A DNA stretch of 64,000 nt, taken from positions 128,001-192,000 of the forward strand of contig CAWJZV010000024.1 of the NCBI GenBank assembly GCA_963847445.1, read 5' to 3'. Both the position numbers and the translations under genes were made by a program. Positions 1-12,364 of the stretch are shown in pieces (the stretch's first letter is position 1; every line of letters begins with the position of its first letter). The notes below the pieces were generated by a model. That model was given only the letters and a program-made list of their open reading frames with translations. It did no database searches and was not told where the DNA came from. The DNA comes from an uncultured delta proteobacterium (GTDB lineage: Bacteria > Desulfobacterota > Binatia > UBA9968).

Positions 1-1937
1 TCGCCGTCGATCTGTCCCTGATGACCTAGTGGATTGATGATCGTGCCGACATCGTGGGCGCTGACAAAATTAGTCAGCTTCACCCGGCCGGTGTCGCGAT
101 CGACTTCGACCTCAGCCACTTGAGCGATGAACGAAGTCGACGAGCCTTTGCGCGGCACTTCGGTTTCGACACTGACGGCTATCGGCGCGTCCGTCGAATT
201 CACCACCTCACTCAATGTCAACAACTTGCGTTTACTACCCTTGCTGGAAAACTGGCCCGACTTGTAAACCACCTGATCTTCCGCGCAGCCGAGCAACTGC
301 GCCGCCTGCGCGTTGAGTTTCTTGCGCAATTCAGCCGACGCTTGAAACGCCGCCGCGCTGTTAATATTGGTCGAGCGGCTGCCGCCGAAACCGACATCGA
401 CGCTGTAGGAAACATCCGCGGTGTTGCCGATGCGGCAGCGCACCTGTTCGTACGGCACTTGCATCTCCGCTGCGACCGTCTGGCAAAGCACGGTCTGCAA
501 TCCGGTGCCCTGATCGCCGGCAACGGTGAACACGGTTAAGCTGCCATCGAGCTCAGCCGTTAGGTTGACCCACACTTTGCCCGCGCCGGTGCCGCGCTCG
601 TACATGGCCACGCCGCGGCCGACGTTGGCGCGCTTGGGCGATTGCCAGCCGGCGGCGTCGAGCGCAGCTTTCAAGGTTTCCTTAGCTTTTACACCGCTCC
701 AAGATTTGCCCAAGGCATTCTCTTCGCCTTCGCCGACCAGATTCATCATGCGGAACTTGGCCGGGTCCATTTTCAATTCTTTGGCGATCAGGTCCATATG
801 CGACTCAGAGGCGAACACTGCTTGAATCGCCCCCGGCGCGCGCCAGAAACCGCAGGGCACGGTATTGGTGTAAACCTGCAACGCTTCCATGTAGCTGTTA
901 TCGATCTTGTACGGCGTCGCCGAGCCGGCGCCGCCGATGCTGGCGCGTCCCGGTTTCATGCCGGCGTAGGCGCCGGTGCCGTGGATCGCTTGCAGATAAC
1001 GCGCGGTCATTCGGCCATCGCGCTTGACGCCGGTTTTGACTTTCACCACCGTGTAGTGATCGGGATTCATCGCCGTCAGTTCTTCGCTGTGAGTGAGCAC
1101 GATCTTCACCGGCCGCTTGGCCTGTTTGGCGAGAAAATAGCAGATCGGCAGTTCGCCGGCGCCGCTCTTGCCGCCGAAGTCGGCGCCGACATGAACCGCT
1201 TGCAGGTGAATCTGTTTCGGCGCGATGCCCACGGCCTTGGCGAACTGCCCGCGCGAGCCGAACGGACCCTTGGTCGAAGCCCACGCATTGACGGTGCCGT
1301 CGTCATCGATCTTGACGAGAAAAGACTGCGGCTCGAGATAGCCTTGATGATGGATCGGCATGCGAAAGGTATGCTCCAAAACCAGATCGGCTTCGGCGAA
1401 ACCTTTTTCGATATCGCCTTTGCCGAAGGTCAGCTTGTTGAGCACGTTGCCGCCCGCCGGCGCCATGATCTCCGCCGGCGCGCCGTCGTAAGCGGGCGCG
1501 TTGTCGTGCAAAACCGGCGCGCCCGGTTGCATCGCTTCGAGCACGTCGAACACCGCCGGCAACTCTTCATATTCGACGTCGATTAAATTAACCGCCTCCT
1601 CGGCGGCATCGCGGCTCTCCGCCGCCACAGCCGCGACTTTGTCGCCGATGTAGCGCACTTTGTCCCAGCACAAAACTGGAATATCGCGAATGCTCTTGCC
1701 CTGATAATGCTCCGGCTCGTCTTTGCCGGTGACGATCGCCTTGACACCCGGCACTTTCCACGCCCTTGAAGTATCGATGCTCTTGATCCGCGCATGAGGA
1801 TAGGGACTGCGCAAAATCTTCGCCCACAAAGCATCGTCGAAGTGCACATCCGCCCCATAAATCGCTGTCCCATTAACCTTTTCCGCCCCCTCAACCCGCC
1901 CGACGGAAGCGCCAATGATCGAAGTTGGTTTTGTCAT
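1..1937 (-). CDS. Xanthine dehydrogenase/CoxL-family molybdopterin-binding subunit (3' end beyond window)
   Basis: Manual translation from ATG 1937: MTKPTSIIGASVGRVEGAEKVNGTAIYGAD..AKILRSPYPHARI..DKVRYIGDKVAAVAA..; AGGAG upstream; runs off the left edge, so absent from the ORF track. Confidence 0.9.
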   Translation of the reverse strand, partial: MTKPTSIIGASVGRVEGAEKVNGTAIYGADVHFDDALWAKILRSPYPHARIKSIDTSRAWKVPGVKAIVTGKDEPEHYQGKSIRDIPVLCWDKVRYIGDKVAAVAAESRDAAEEAVNLIDVEYEELPAVFDVLEAMQPGAPVLHDNAPAYDGAPAEIMAPAGGNVLNKLTFGKGDIEKGFAEADLVLEHTFRMPIHHQGYLEPQSFLVKIDDDGTVNAWASTKGPFGSRGQFAKAVGIAPKQIHLQAVHVGADFGGKSGAGELPICYFLAKQAKRPVKIVLTHSEELTAMNPDHYTVVKVKTGVKRDGRMTARYLQAIHGTGAYAGMKPGRASIGGAGSATPYKIDNSYMEALQVYTNTVPCGFWRAPGAIQAVFASESHMDLIAKELKMDPAKFRMMNLVGEGEENALGKSWSGVKAKETLKAALDAAGWQSPKRANVGRGVAMYERGTGAGKVWVNLTAELDGSLTVFTVAGDQGTGLQTVLCQTVAAEMQVPYEQVRCRIGNTADVSYSVDVGFGGSRSTNINSAAAFQASAELRKKLNAQAAQLLGCAEDQVVYKSGQFSSKGSKRKLLTLSEVVNSTDAPIAVSVETEVPRKGSSTSFIAQVAEVEVDRDTGRVKLTNFVSAHDVGTIINPLGHQGQIDG

Positions 1938-2431
1938 GTTAGACTCTCCTAGTGATGATCGAAGCTGTGCGGAATATAGCGTTAATCGCTCCCGGCGGGC
2001 AATAGAAACATGCCGCGGGATGGCAAACCTGAAATTTCATCTGGACGAAGCTGAGAAATTGGCGCTTGGCTCGGTTTAGTGGCTAGCCAATTTGCTCCGG
2101 AGGAAAATCTCTCCAACAGGTCGCCGAAGCGGCGCGCAATACTAGGAAAACAGCTTAGCGCTCCAAAGTTCGTCGAAGAAATGCGCTGCCGACATGATTT
2201 TGGTGCCAGTCGTCGCCACGCCGTGGCAACTTTTCGCCGTAAACAACGATCCGTCTCTTCAGCCCAACCTCTTCTGCGAAATTCGGCTACTGAGATGCTG
2301 AATTTTCAGGATATTCGGCAACTCAGTCGCCGATTTGCATAATACTGGCCTCGCCGCCGTCATTTTCGCTAGCGGTTCCAGTTTGATATCTTGTTCCAAA
2401 GCGCCTAGTCAAGATTGCGTAATATCTAACC

Positions 2432-3022
2432 GTGAACCCTGCACACTCGCCGCACTGCCGCGCCTGTAAAGAGCGTATCCGCGATTTATTGAGCGCGAGC
2501 TTCGGCGGCTGCCGCATTAACCATCAGTTCCCTTGGTCGTCCTACCCGGAAGACTACGTAAACAAACAAATCGGCAATCCCCTGGAGCGAATCCGCCGCG
2601 CCCTTGGCGACCTGCGCGGCCATCGCGACTTCATCAAGAGCGCACAGATGCCGCCTTGTGACTACTTCATTCCCGACCCGCCTTTTATCGTAGAATTTGA
2701 CGAGAACCAACATTTTTCTCGCGCGCGTCTCGTCACCCTAGCCAATTATCCGGCGAACGCCGTTATCGGCTTTCCAATCTCGCGTTGGCGCGAGCTCTGC
2801 CGTGCGATCGACGCAAAAGATGACGAGCCTTTTGACCGCGACGAACGGCGCGCATGGTACGACACGCTGCGGGATTTGCTTCCAAGCGTGCACGGATTTG
2901 GCCCAACGGTTCGGCTTTACGCTGAAGAATTCCCATGGTGTACGCTCGACCCCGCTTCGGCGCAGGGAGTGGAAAACTTTCGGATACTGCTCCGTCACCG
3001 GCTTCCGGATGGAATCCGTTAG
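2432..3022 (+). CDS. Hypothetical protein, putative PD-(D/E)XK/Vsr-like nuclease fold
   Basis: 196 aa ORF with PCDYFIP..IVEFDENQHF and RRAWYDTLRD motifs. Confidence 0.55.
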   Translation: MNPAHSPHCRACKERIRDLLSASFGGCRINHQFPWSSYPEDYVNKQIGNPLERIRRALGDLRGHRDFIKSAQMPPCDYFIPDPPFIVEFDENQHFSRARLVTLANYPANAVIGFPISRWRELCRAIDAKDDEPFDRDERRAWYDTLRDLLPSVHGFGPTVRLYAEEFPWCTLDPASAQGVENFRILLRHRLPDGIR

Positions 3023-3155
3023 CGCAGCGGCGACCGGCCGGTCGCCCCTGACATTACGGCGCATCGCGGCAATTAACCGGGTTAGACAAAGCGTACCGGA
3101 ATTATTCAACAAAATCAGGAAGAGCCGTCGACGATATCCAAGCAGCCGCCTGCCG

Positions 3156-3183
3156 GCGAAGACTTTCTCCGTTTCATTCGTAT
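3156..3183 (+). promoter_or_regulatory. Putative ECF sigma promoter upstream of sigma gene
   Basis: GCGAAGACT-N13-TCGTAT; identical boxes and spacing recur at 4661-4688. Confidence 0.65.
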
Positions 3184-3285
3184 TATGGGTTAACGGAGCA
3201 TTCTATCGAACGCTTTGGCTCCCGGGACGGATGATTGTATGATCGAAACGTTGCACCACGCATCTAAGGTTGATCCAACGACACT

Positions 3286-3840
3286 ATGGCGACAGCTTGG
3301 CCCGATAAAGAAGACAATGAACTGCTCGCGTTGGTTCAGGAGGGCAGCCATCCGGCTTTTGCCGAGCTGGTTCAGCGCCACACCGAGCGCTTTTATCGCC
3401 TGGCATTTCGTTATCTGCAAAATAAACAGGCGGCCGAGGACGCGGTCCAGGACGCGTTTCTAAAGTTATGGGAAGATCCGAAAAAATGGCAGGCCGACAA
3501 GAACTCGAAGTTTACGACCTGGTTTTATCGCGTCGTGGTGAATCTATGTCTCGATTGGCAGAAACGAAAACGGCCGGTGGCGTTAAACGAAGAAATGCCG
3601 CTGATCGACGACCGGGAGAGCGCCGATCAAGCCGTGATGCGCCACGAAGAACAGAAAATGTTGGAGCAGGCGATCGCAGCCCTGCCGGAGCGCCAGCGCA
3701 GCGCCATCAATCTCTGCTTCGACGCAGGCTTGAGCAATCAGGATGCCGCCGACGCCATGGGCGTGAATTTGAAAGCATTGCAGTCGCTGATCATGCGCGC
3801 CAAGACGACGCTGAAAGAACGCATGAAGAATTATCTGTGA
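3286..3840 (+). CDS. ECF RNA polymerase sigma-70 factor
   Basis: AEDAVQDAFLKLW, FTTWFYRVVVNLCLD, region 4 LPERQR..LSNQDAADAMG. Confidence 0.93.
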   Translation: MATAWPDKEDNELLALVQEGSHPAFAELVQRHTERFYRLAFRYLQNKQAAEDAVQDAFLKLWEDPKKWQADKNSKFTTWFYRVVVNLCLDWQKRKRPVALNEEMPLIDDRESADQAVMRHEEQKMLEQAIAALPERQRSAINLCFDAGLSNQDAADAMGVNLKALQSLIMRAKTTLKERMKNYL

Positions 3841-3847
3841 GGGTTTT

Positions 3848-4161
3848 ATGACTGAGAACGAAGACGAAAAATTGGCCAGATTGCTGCACTCGCGACCCAT
3901 CGAACCTGCCAGCCATGATCTGGCGGCTCGAATCATTCTAAAGGCCCAGAGCTTGCCGCAGCTGCAAAATGTTTCGCTCTGGCAAGCGGTGCGCCAATTG
4001 TTCGCCGAATTTCATCTGCCGAAACCGGGTTATGTGCTCGCCAGCGCACTGGTTTTGGGAATGGTGCTGGGCTTCGCACGGCGCCGGAAAATGGCCAGCT
4101 CAGCGACGCTAGCACCGCGAGCGCGCAGAGTTACATCGCCGGTGACGAGGAGTTGTTATGA
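3848..4161 (+). CDS. Putative membrane anti-sigma factor (apparent frameshift near 4078)
   Basis: Directly follows sigma; one TM segment (YVLASALVLGMVLG); the alternative frame ends at an ATGA overlap with the next gene. Confidence 0.65.
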
Positions 4162-4595
4162 GCCAGAAGACTAAACTGGCGTTTATCGCGTCGATCGTTG
4201 TCAATGTGCTTTTGCTCGGCTTCTTGGTCGGCCAGTCGCCGCGCCGCTTCGATCGCAGCGCCCTGCGCGAAAAGCGCATGGAGCAGGCGATCAAAGACCT
4301 GCCCGCGGCGTCGCAGTCCCGCTTGCGCGACAGATTTCTGCAACTCCGCGCCACCGCCGAGCCGCTATTCGGTCAAATGCGCCAGGTCCAGGATGAATCG
4401 GTGCGGCTCTTAGCCGTCGAACCCTTCGACGAAGCCGCCTTCGACGGGCAGCAAGCCAAGATCAACAAACTGCGCGCCGACACGACAAAAAAACTATCCG
4501 ATGCGGTCAAGAACGCGGTCAAAGATCTGACGCCGGAGGAACGGCGCCGCTTTGCCGAACTGTTGCGCCGCCCGCCGCCACCGGGTGAATCATAG
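4158..4595 (+). CDS. Periplasmic heavy-metal sensor / Spy-CpxP-ZraP-like protein
   Basis: N-terminal TM SIVVNVLLLGFLVG, helical body, EPFD and C-terminal LTPEERRRF motifs. Confidence 0.8.
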   Translation: MSQKTKLAFIASIVVNVLLLGFLVGQSPRRFDRSALREKRMEQAIKDLPAASQSRLRDRFLQLRATAEPLFGQMRQVQDESVRLLAVEPFDEAAFDGQQAKINKLRADTTKKLSDAVKNAVKDLTPEERRRFAELLRRPPPPGES

Positions 4596-4624
4596 AATTC
4601 CTCACAAAAACGCACCACTCCAAG

Positions 4625-4652
4625 AGCGCCGGCCGTACCGGCGCTTTTTTTT
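4625..4652 (+). terminator. Rho-independent terminator
   Basis: AGCGCCGG-ccgta-CCGGCGCT followed by a T run. Confidence 0.85.
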
Positions 4653-4660
4653 CGCCCGCC

Positions 4661-4688
4661 GCGAAGACTCCCGCCGGGTCACTCGTAT
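4661..4688 (+). promoter_or_regulatory. Putative ECF sigma promoter for efflux operon
   Basis: GCGAAGACT-N13-TCGTAT just after the terminator. Confidence 0.65.
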
Positions 4689-4727
4689 CATCAGGTAACA
4701 ACGGATTAGAAGAGAGGGCAAAACTCT

Positions 4728-5938
4728 ATGAATTGGCTATCCAAAACCCGGCGCAACAAGATCATCGCCGGCTTCACCGTAGTCGCGCTCACCGCCGGCG
4801 GCTGGTATTGGTATGCCAGCACGGCGCAAAGCTCCCAGGGCGAGGCCATTCAGCCGATCGCCGTGAGCCGCGGTAACATTGAAGAAGTCGTTACTTCACA
4901 GGGCAAGCTCGAAGCCAAGCAGTACGTTGATGTCGGTACCCAGGTTTCCGGCCAATTGAAAGCAATCCACGTTGACATCGGCGATACCGTAACCAAGGGC
5001 CAACTACTCGCCGAGATCGACCCGCGAGTTTATCAGGCCCAGGTGGAAGCGGGAGAAGCGAAGCTTAACAGTCTGCGCGCCCAGCTAAACCAGCAGAAGG
5101 CCGAGGCGGTTCTGGCCGAACAGAATCTCAAGCGCAATCAAAATCTGATCGCCGTCAATGCCGTAAGCCAGCAGGCTCTTCAGGAGACCGAATCCCAGTC
5201 GGCAGTGGCCAAAGCTCAAGTGGAATCAATCATCGCGCAAATACAGGAAACCGAGTCCAATCTGAAAGCGAGCCGGACCAATCTCGGTTACACAAAAATC
5301 TTCGCGCCGATGGCCGGCACCGTGACGACTTTGCCGACCAAGGAAGGTCAAACATTGAACGCCAATCAGACCGCGCCGACGGTTTTGCAGATTGCCAGTC
5401 TCGACATCATGACCGTGCGCGCCCAAGTCGCCGAGGCGGATGTCAGCCGCATTAAACCCAATATGCCCGCCTATTTCACCACCCTCGGCAACAGCGAGCG
5501 GCGCTGGCCCGGGACAGTGCGGCAGATCCTGCCGACGCCGCAGATCGTCAACGATGTGGTGCTCTACGATGTCTTGATCGACGTAAAAAACCAAGGCCGC
5601 CGCCTGATGACCAGCATGACGACCCAGGTTTTTTTCATTCTCGGCAAGACGGAAAACGCCTTGATCGTGCCCGCTGAGGTGCTCACCCGCCGGGTGGCGC
5701 GGGAAGACAGCGAAAAAGGCAAAGCCTTTCGCGTCGCAGTGATCACGGCAACGGGCCGCGAACAGCGCGTCATTCACGTCGGCTTGCAAAGCCGCACCCA
5801 GGCAGAAGTCGTCGACGGACTCAAAGAGGGTGAAAAAATCGCAGTGAATCGTCCCGCCGGCAGCGCCAACCAGGCCGGCAACCAGCAGCGTCCCGCCGGC
5901 GCCGGCAACGCACCGCGCATGAACCGAGGTCCGCAGCT

Positions 5939-5942
<4 letters not shown>
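4728..5942 (+). CDS. macA: Efflux periplasmic adaptor subunit (MacA family)
   Basis: [47 protein letters not shown]. Confidence 0.9.
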
Positions 5943-7880
<1,938 letters not shown>

Positions 7881-7888
7881 GGTGCTCT

Positions 7889-9235
7889 ATGCGTAAATAT
7901 CTGTTGAACGGTACAGTCGCCCTCTCATTGGCGTTGTCGGCATGCAGTCTCGCGCCGCAATACGAGCGACCGCAGATGGCTCTGCCCAACGGTTGGAGCA
8001 ACGTCGCCGGCGTCGGCAACGCGCAGTTGAATCCGACCACGGCCTTCTGGCAGGAGCTCGGCAGCACAGATCTCAACCATTTGATCGACAATGCGCTGGC
8101 ACAGAATCTTGATCTTGAAGCCGCGCTCCATCGCATCGAGCAGGCGCGCGCCCAGGCGAAGAGCGGCGCCGCGCCGCTCTATCCGACGATCACTGCCAGC
8201 GGCAGCGCATCGCAGACTTTTCAAGATGCGAAAAACACCCAGTCGGCGCGCGGCGGCGGCAGCATCAGCTATGAAGTCGATCTGTGGGGAAAGAATCGCA
8301 ACGCGGCCAAGTCCGCCGACTATCGGGCCAACGCAAGCGAGTTCGATCGCGAGGCGCTGCGCCTGGTCGTAACCGCGGATGCGACGAATTTTTACGCCGA
8401 GATTTTGAGCCTCAACGACCGCATTCGCATCGCCGAGTTCAATCTCAAAAACGCCGAAGAGGTTTTGCGTATCATCGAAGCGCGCTTCGGCCAGGGCGGC
8501 GTCTCGGGTCTGGAAGTGTCCCAACAGCGCGTCGCCGTGAACAATCTCCGCACCGTGATGGCATCGCTCTTCGAACAGCGCAGCACGACTGCGAACGCCC
8601 TGGCGATTCTGCTCGGGCTGGCGCCGCAGAATTTTTCCGCGCCGACCGCTGAGCTGGCGACACTCACCATGCCGCCGGTAAATCTGACGCCGCCGGCAAA
8701 TCTGTTGACCGCCCGGCCCGACATCGAGAGCGCGGAAGCCGGCCTGCTCGCGGCCAATGCCGATATCGGCGTGGCGCGAGCGGCTTTCTTCCCGTCGCTG
8801 ACCCTGGGTTTGGATACGGCTATCGCCGCCGGCTTCGGCGGCCCTGCAGCAGCGGCAACGTCCGTCGCATCGAGCTTGCTCGCGCCGATCTTCACCGGCG
8901 GCCGGCTCACCGGCAATCTGGAGAGCGTCACCGCGCGCCAGAAGGAGCTCGCGGTGCAGTATCGCCAGACCGTGCTGGTGGCATTTCAAGAAGTCGAAGA
9001 CGCCCTCGCCGCGCTTAAAGGTAACAACGACCGCGCCGCGCTGGCGCGCGCCACCGTCGCCGAATCGCAGAACGCCTACGATATCGCCAAAGCGCGCTTC
9101 GACGCCGGTGCCATCGATTTCCTGACCCTGCTCGAAACCCAGCGCAGTTGGTACCAGGCACAGGACAACCAGATATCGATAAACCAGGGTCAGCTCTTCG
9201 CCTTCGTCCAGTTACGCAAAGCGATGGGCTCGTGA
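7889..9235 (+). CDS. TolC/NodT-family outer membrane efflux lipoprotein
   Basis: Lipobox LALSAC; SYEVDLWG, RPDIESAE, AFQEVEDAL motifs; GAGG RBS before ATG 7889. Confidence 0.92.
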   Translation: MRKYLLNGTVALSLALSACSLAPQYERPQMALPNGWSNVAGVGNAQLNPTTAFWQELGSTDLNHLIDNALAQNLDLEAALHRIEQARAQAKSGAAPLYPTITASGSASQTFQDAKNTQSARGGGSISYEVDLWGKNRNAAKSADYRANASEFDREALRLVVTADATNFYAEILSLNDRIRIAEFNLKNAEEVLRIIEARFGQGGVSGLEVSQQRVAVNNLRTVMASLFEQRSTTANALAILLGLAPQNFSAPTAELATLTMPPVNLTPPANLLTARPDIESAEAGLLAANADIGVARAAFFPSLTLGLDTAIAAGFGGPAAAATSVASSLLAPIFTGGRLTGNLESVTARQKELAVQYRQTVLVAFQEVEDALAALKGNNDRAALARATVAESQNAYDIAKARFDAGAIDFLTLLETQRSWYQAQDNQISINQGQLFAFVQLRKAMGS

Positions 9236-9431
9236 AAATGACCAAATCAATGACCCGGTCTCGGCCGAGCTAATGAACACTCGCATGGCCGAGATTGAAA
9301 CTGATCCCATGCAAATTTCAGCTTGTGACACTCCTAGCCCGTTGAGTAATCGAATGGCACTGTCATCCGCCTGCTAAGGGCTAGTTATTTCTCTTGCAAG
9401 TCGCGGCTCGATGATTATCTTGTAGGTTACG

Positions 9432-10553
9432 ATGGCGGACCTTGATTATTATAAGACTCTCGGCGTCGAACACGGCGCCTCGAAGGACGACGTGCGCAAA
9501 GCCTATCGCAAACTTGCGCGCAAGTATCATCCCGACCTTAATCCCGGCAATAAAGAGGCAGAAAGCAAATTTAAATCCCTCTCGGTTGCCTACGACGTCC
9601 TGAGCGACGAGAAAAAACGCAAGCTTTACGACGAATTCGGCGAGGCCGGACTGGCCGCCGGCTTCGATGCCGAGAAGGCGCGTACCTACGAGCAATGGCG
9701 CCAGCAGTCAGCGCATGGCGGCGGCACACAGGCCTTCGACACGGACGACTTGGGCGATCTTTTCGGCGGCCTTGGCGGCATGTTCCGGCGCGGCCCGCGG
9801 ACGCAAGCCGGACCACAGCGCGGCGGCGATATTGAATCGAGCATGGAAATCGATTTCCTCGACGCTGTGCGCGGCTTTCAAACCGCCATCACACTCGACC
9901 GGCCAGTGTCCTGCGATACATGTCGCGGCTCGGGCACGAAAGCCGGAACAGTGCCGACCAATTGTCCCCAATGCGCCGGCAGCGGCAGCGTATCCATCGC
10001 CCAAGGGCCGCTGCAGTTTCGCCAGGCCTGCCCCCGCTGTTCGGGCAGCGGAAAGTTGCCCGGTGAGCCATGCACCGCCTGCGACGGCAGCGGTCGCGTC
10101 ATGCGCGCGGAAACGATTCGAGTCAACATTCCACCCGGCGCCGATCCCGGCAAGCGCATCCGTTTGCGGGGAAAGGGCGAAGCGGGATTGCGCGGTGGAC
10201 CGGCGGGAGATCTCTTTATAACGCCGCGTATCCGGCCTCATCCGATACTCACCCGCTCCGGTCGAGACTTGTCCATGGACTTGCCGATCACCGTCGGCGA
10301 AGCGCTGCGCGGCGCCAGCGTCGAGGTGCCGACGCCCAGTGGAGCGATCATGGTAAAAATTTCTCTGGGTGCTCAGAGCGGCCAACAGTTACGCATCAAA
10401 GGCAAAGGAGTTCCCGCCCACGGGCAAACTCCAGCCGGAGATTTATATCTGCGGCTGATGGTGCGCGTGCCTAAGGAAGATGTTGCTCAAGAAGTGATCG
10501 ACAAGATCGACCAAGCCTACGGCGAAAGCGTGCGTCAAAACATTCGGCTGTAA
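9432..10553 (+). CDS. dnaJ: DnaJ-class molecular chaperone
   Basis: J domain with HPD, G/F-rich region, four CxxCxGxG zinc-finger repeats. Confidence 0.9.
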   Translation: MADLDYYKTLGVEHGASKDDVRKAYRKLARKYHPDLNPGNKEAESKFKSLSVAYDVLSDEKKRKLYDEFGEAGLAAGFDAEKARTYEQWRQQSAHGGGTQAFDTDDLGDLFGGLGGMFRRGPRTQAGPQRGGDIESSMEIDFLDAVRGFQTAITLDRPVSCDTCRGSGTKAGTVPTNCPQCAGSGSVSIAQGPLQFRQACPRCSGSGKLPGEPCTACDGSGRVMRAETIRVNIPPGADPGKRIRLRGKGEAGLRGGPAGDLFITPRIRPHPILTRSGRDLSMDLPITVGEALRGASVEVPTPSGAIMVKISLGAQSGQQLRIKGKGVPAHGQTPAGDLYLRLMVRVPKEDVAQEVIDKIDQAYGESVRQNIRL

Positions 10554-10567
10554 CCGAGGAATAAAAA

Positions 10568-10861
10568 ATGCCGCGAAAATATTTGCGCATTACCGAAGTG
10601 ACGAAAGTCTGCGGCGTTAACGTGAAGTTCGTCAAACGCCTGGAACAGGAACAGGTCATCTCGCCGGTCGTCCGCGGTAACGAAAAATTCTATCCCCTCG
10701 ATCAAGTCGACCGTGTCCGCGTCGCCCATCTGCTCATCGAAGAAATGGGCGTAAACTTAGAAGGCGCCGAAGTCGCGCTAAATATGCGCGAGCAAATGAT
10801 CGCCATGCAGCGCCAGTTCAATGAAATCCTTCGGCTGCTCGGCCGCGAGTTGCGAAAATAG
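10568..10861 (+). CDS. MerR-like chaperone modulator (CbpM/HspR type)
   Basis: EMGVNLEGAEVAL motif; directly downstream of dnaJ. Confidence 0.8.
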   Translation: MPRKYLRITEVTKVCGVNVKFVKRLEQEQVISPVVRGNEKFYPLDQVDRVRVAHLLIEEMGVNLEGAEVALNMREQMIAMQRQFNEILRLLGRELRK

Positions 10862-11031
10862 CCGCATCGATTGACCGGCCTCGGGGAATCACTCGCTGCT
10901 TGCCGCTTCCGCCTGAATGACCGCGATGCGGTTGACTTAGGCGCACTCGGTTGATTACTGTTCGGAAGGGTCAGGGCTTCAAGCCGACGCGTGCTCATGG
11001 ACCGTAGAAACTAGCGACGAAAGGTAACTAG

Positions 11032-12327
11032 GTGAAAAGAGTCCTAGCGATGATTTTAGGCGGCGGGGTCGGCACCCGGCTCTACCCTTTAACCAAACTG
11101 CGCGCCAAGCCGGCGGTCCCGCTTGGCGCCAAGTATCGCTTGATCGATATTCCGATCAGTAATTGCATCAACTCCGATCTCCAGCGAATTTACGTATTGA
11201 CGCAATTTAATTCCGCGTCGCTCAACCGGCATATTTCCCGCACTTACGCCGCTTTAGGGGCGGGCTTCTCCCAAGGATTCGTCGAAGTGCTGGCGGCGCA
11301 GCAAACTCCCGAAAGTCCGAATTGGTTTGAAGGAACGGCCGACGCGGTGCGCAAGTATATCCGGCTCTTCGCGGAATGGGATGTCGATCAGTATCTGATT
11401 TTGTCCGGCGATCACTTGTACCGGATGAATTATGCTGACTTCATTGAGCGCCACCGCGAGACCAAGGCTGACATCACCCTCTCGGTGGTGCCGGTGGATC
11501 AGAGCCGGGCTTCCGAGTTCGGTTTGATGGCGATCGACGGCCATGGACGGGTGCGCGCGTTCAGCGAAAAACCCAAAGGCGACGCTCTGAAAGCGATGGC
11601 CGTGGACACGACGGTGCTCGGCCTATCGAAAGAAAAGGCAAAAGAGCTGCCTTATATCGCCTCCATGGGCATCTACGTTTTCGACAAGCAGGTGCTGCTC
11701 GATCTGCTTGAAAAAAACCCGAGTCACACCGATTTCGGCAAGGAAATCATTCCAGCGGCGGCTGCGCATAACCGAGTTCAAGCTTACTTGTTTAAGGACT
11801 ACTGGGAGGATATCGGCACCATCGAATCTTTCTACCAGGCCAATTTGGCGCTCACGGAGCAGCCGGTTCCTTCCTTCAGCTTTTACGATGAGAAAGCGCC
11901 GATTTACACCCGCTCGCGCTACTTGCCACCGACCAAGTTGCTCGACTCCCATGTCATCGAATCCATGGTCGGCGAAGGCTGCATACTCAAGGAATGTACC
12001 GTGAAGCGCTCGGTCATCGGTATTCGCTCGCGCATCGAAACCGGCTGCGTGATCGATAATGCATTGCTAATGGGCGCGGATTATTACGAGTCGCCGGCGG
12101 AACGGCAGCAAGTCCTCGACAGCGGCAAAGTTCCCCTGGGCGTCGGCGCCAACACCACCATCCAGCGGGCCATCGTCGACAAAAACGCCCGTATCGGCCG
12201 CAACGTGCAAATTGTCAATCAAGATAAGATTCAGGAATCGACTCGGGAGGAGCTCGGATTTGTCATCCGCAATGGCATCGTCGTCATCATCAAGAATGCG
12301 ACGATTCCTGATGGAATGGTGGTCTAA
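11032..12327 (+). CDS. glgC: Glucose-1-phosphate adenylyltransferase
   Basis: [59 protein letters not shown]. Confidence 0.97.
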   Translation: MKRVLAMILGGGVGTRLYPLTKLRAKPAVPLGAKYRLIDIPISNCINSDLQRIYVLTQFNSASLNRHISRTYAALGAGFSQGFVEVLAAQQTPESPNWFEGTADAVRKYIRLFAEWDVDQYLILSGDHLYRMNYADFIERHRETKADITLSVVPVDQSRASEFGLMAIDGHGRVRAFSEKPKGDALKAMAVDTTVLGLSKEKAKELPYIASMGIYVFDKQVLLDLLEKNPSHTDFGKEIIPAAAAHNRVQAYLFKDYWEDIGTIESFYQANLALTEQPVPSFSFYDEKAPIYTRSRYLPPTKLLDSHVIESMVGEGCILKECTVKRSVIGIRSRIETGCVIDNALLMGADYYESPAERQQVLDSGKVPLGVGANTTIQRAIVDKNARIGRNVQIVNQDKIQESTREELGFVIRNGIVVIIKNATIPDGMVV

Positions 12328-12364
12328 CGATAAGCGTTTTTGGTATTCTCCAAGGATCGACCCG

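Noticed and set aside
54-1915. Plus-strand and short ORFs over the first 1.9 kb, and similar long antisense ORFs elsewhere (e.g. 52139-53329, 34799-35827)
   Set aside because: They are shadow frames of well-supported opposite-strand genes, typical of high-GC DNA.
9325-9377. CIRCE-like inverted repeat upstream of dnaJ
   Set aside because: Half-sites are degenerate and the spacings (10 and 6 nt) do not match TTAGCACTC-N9-GAGTGCTAA.
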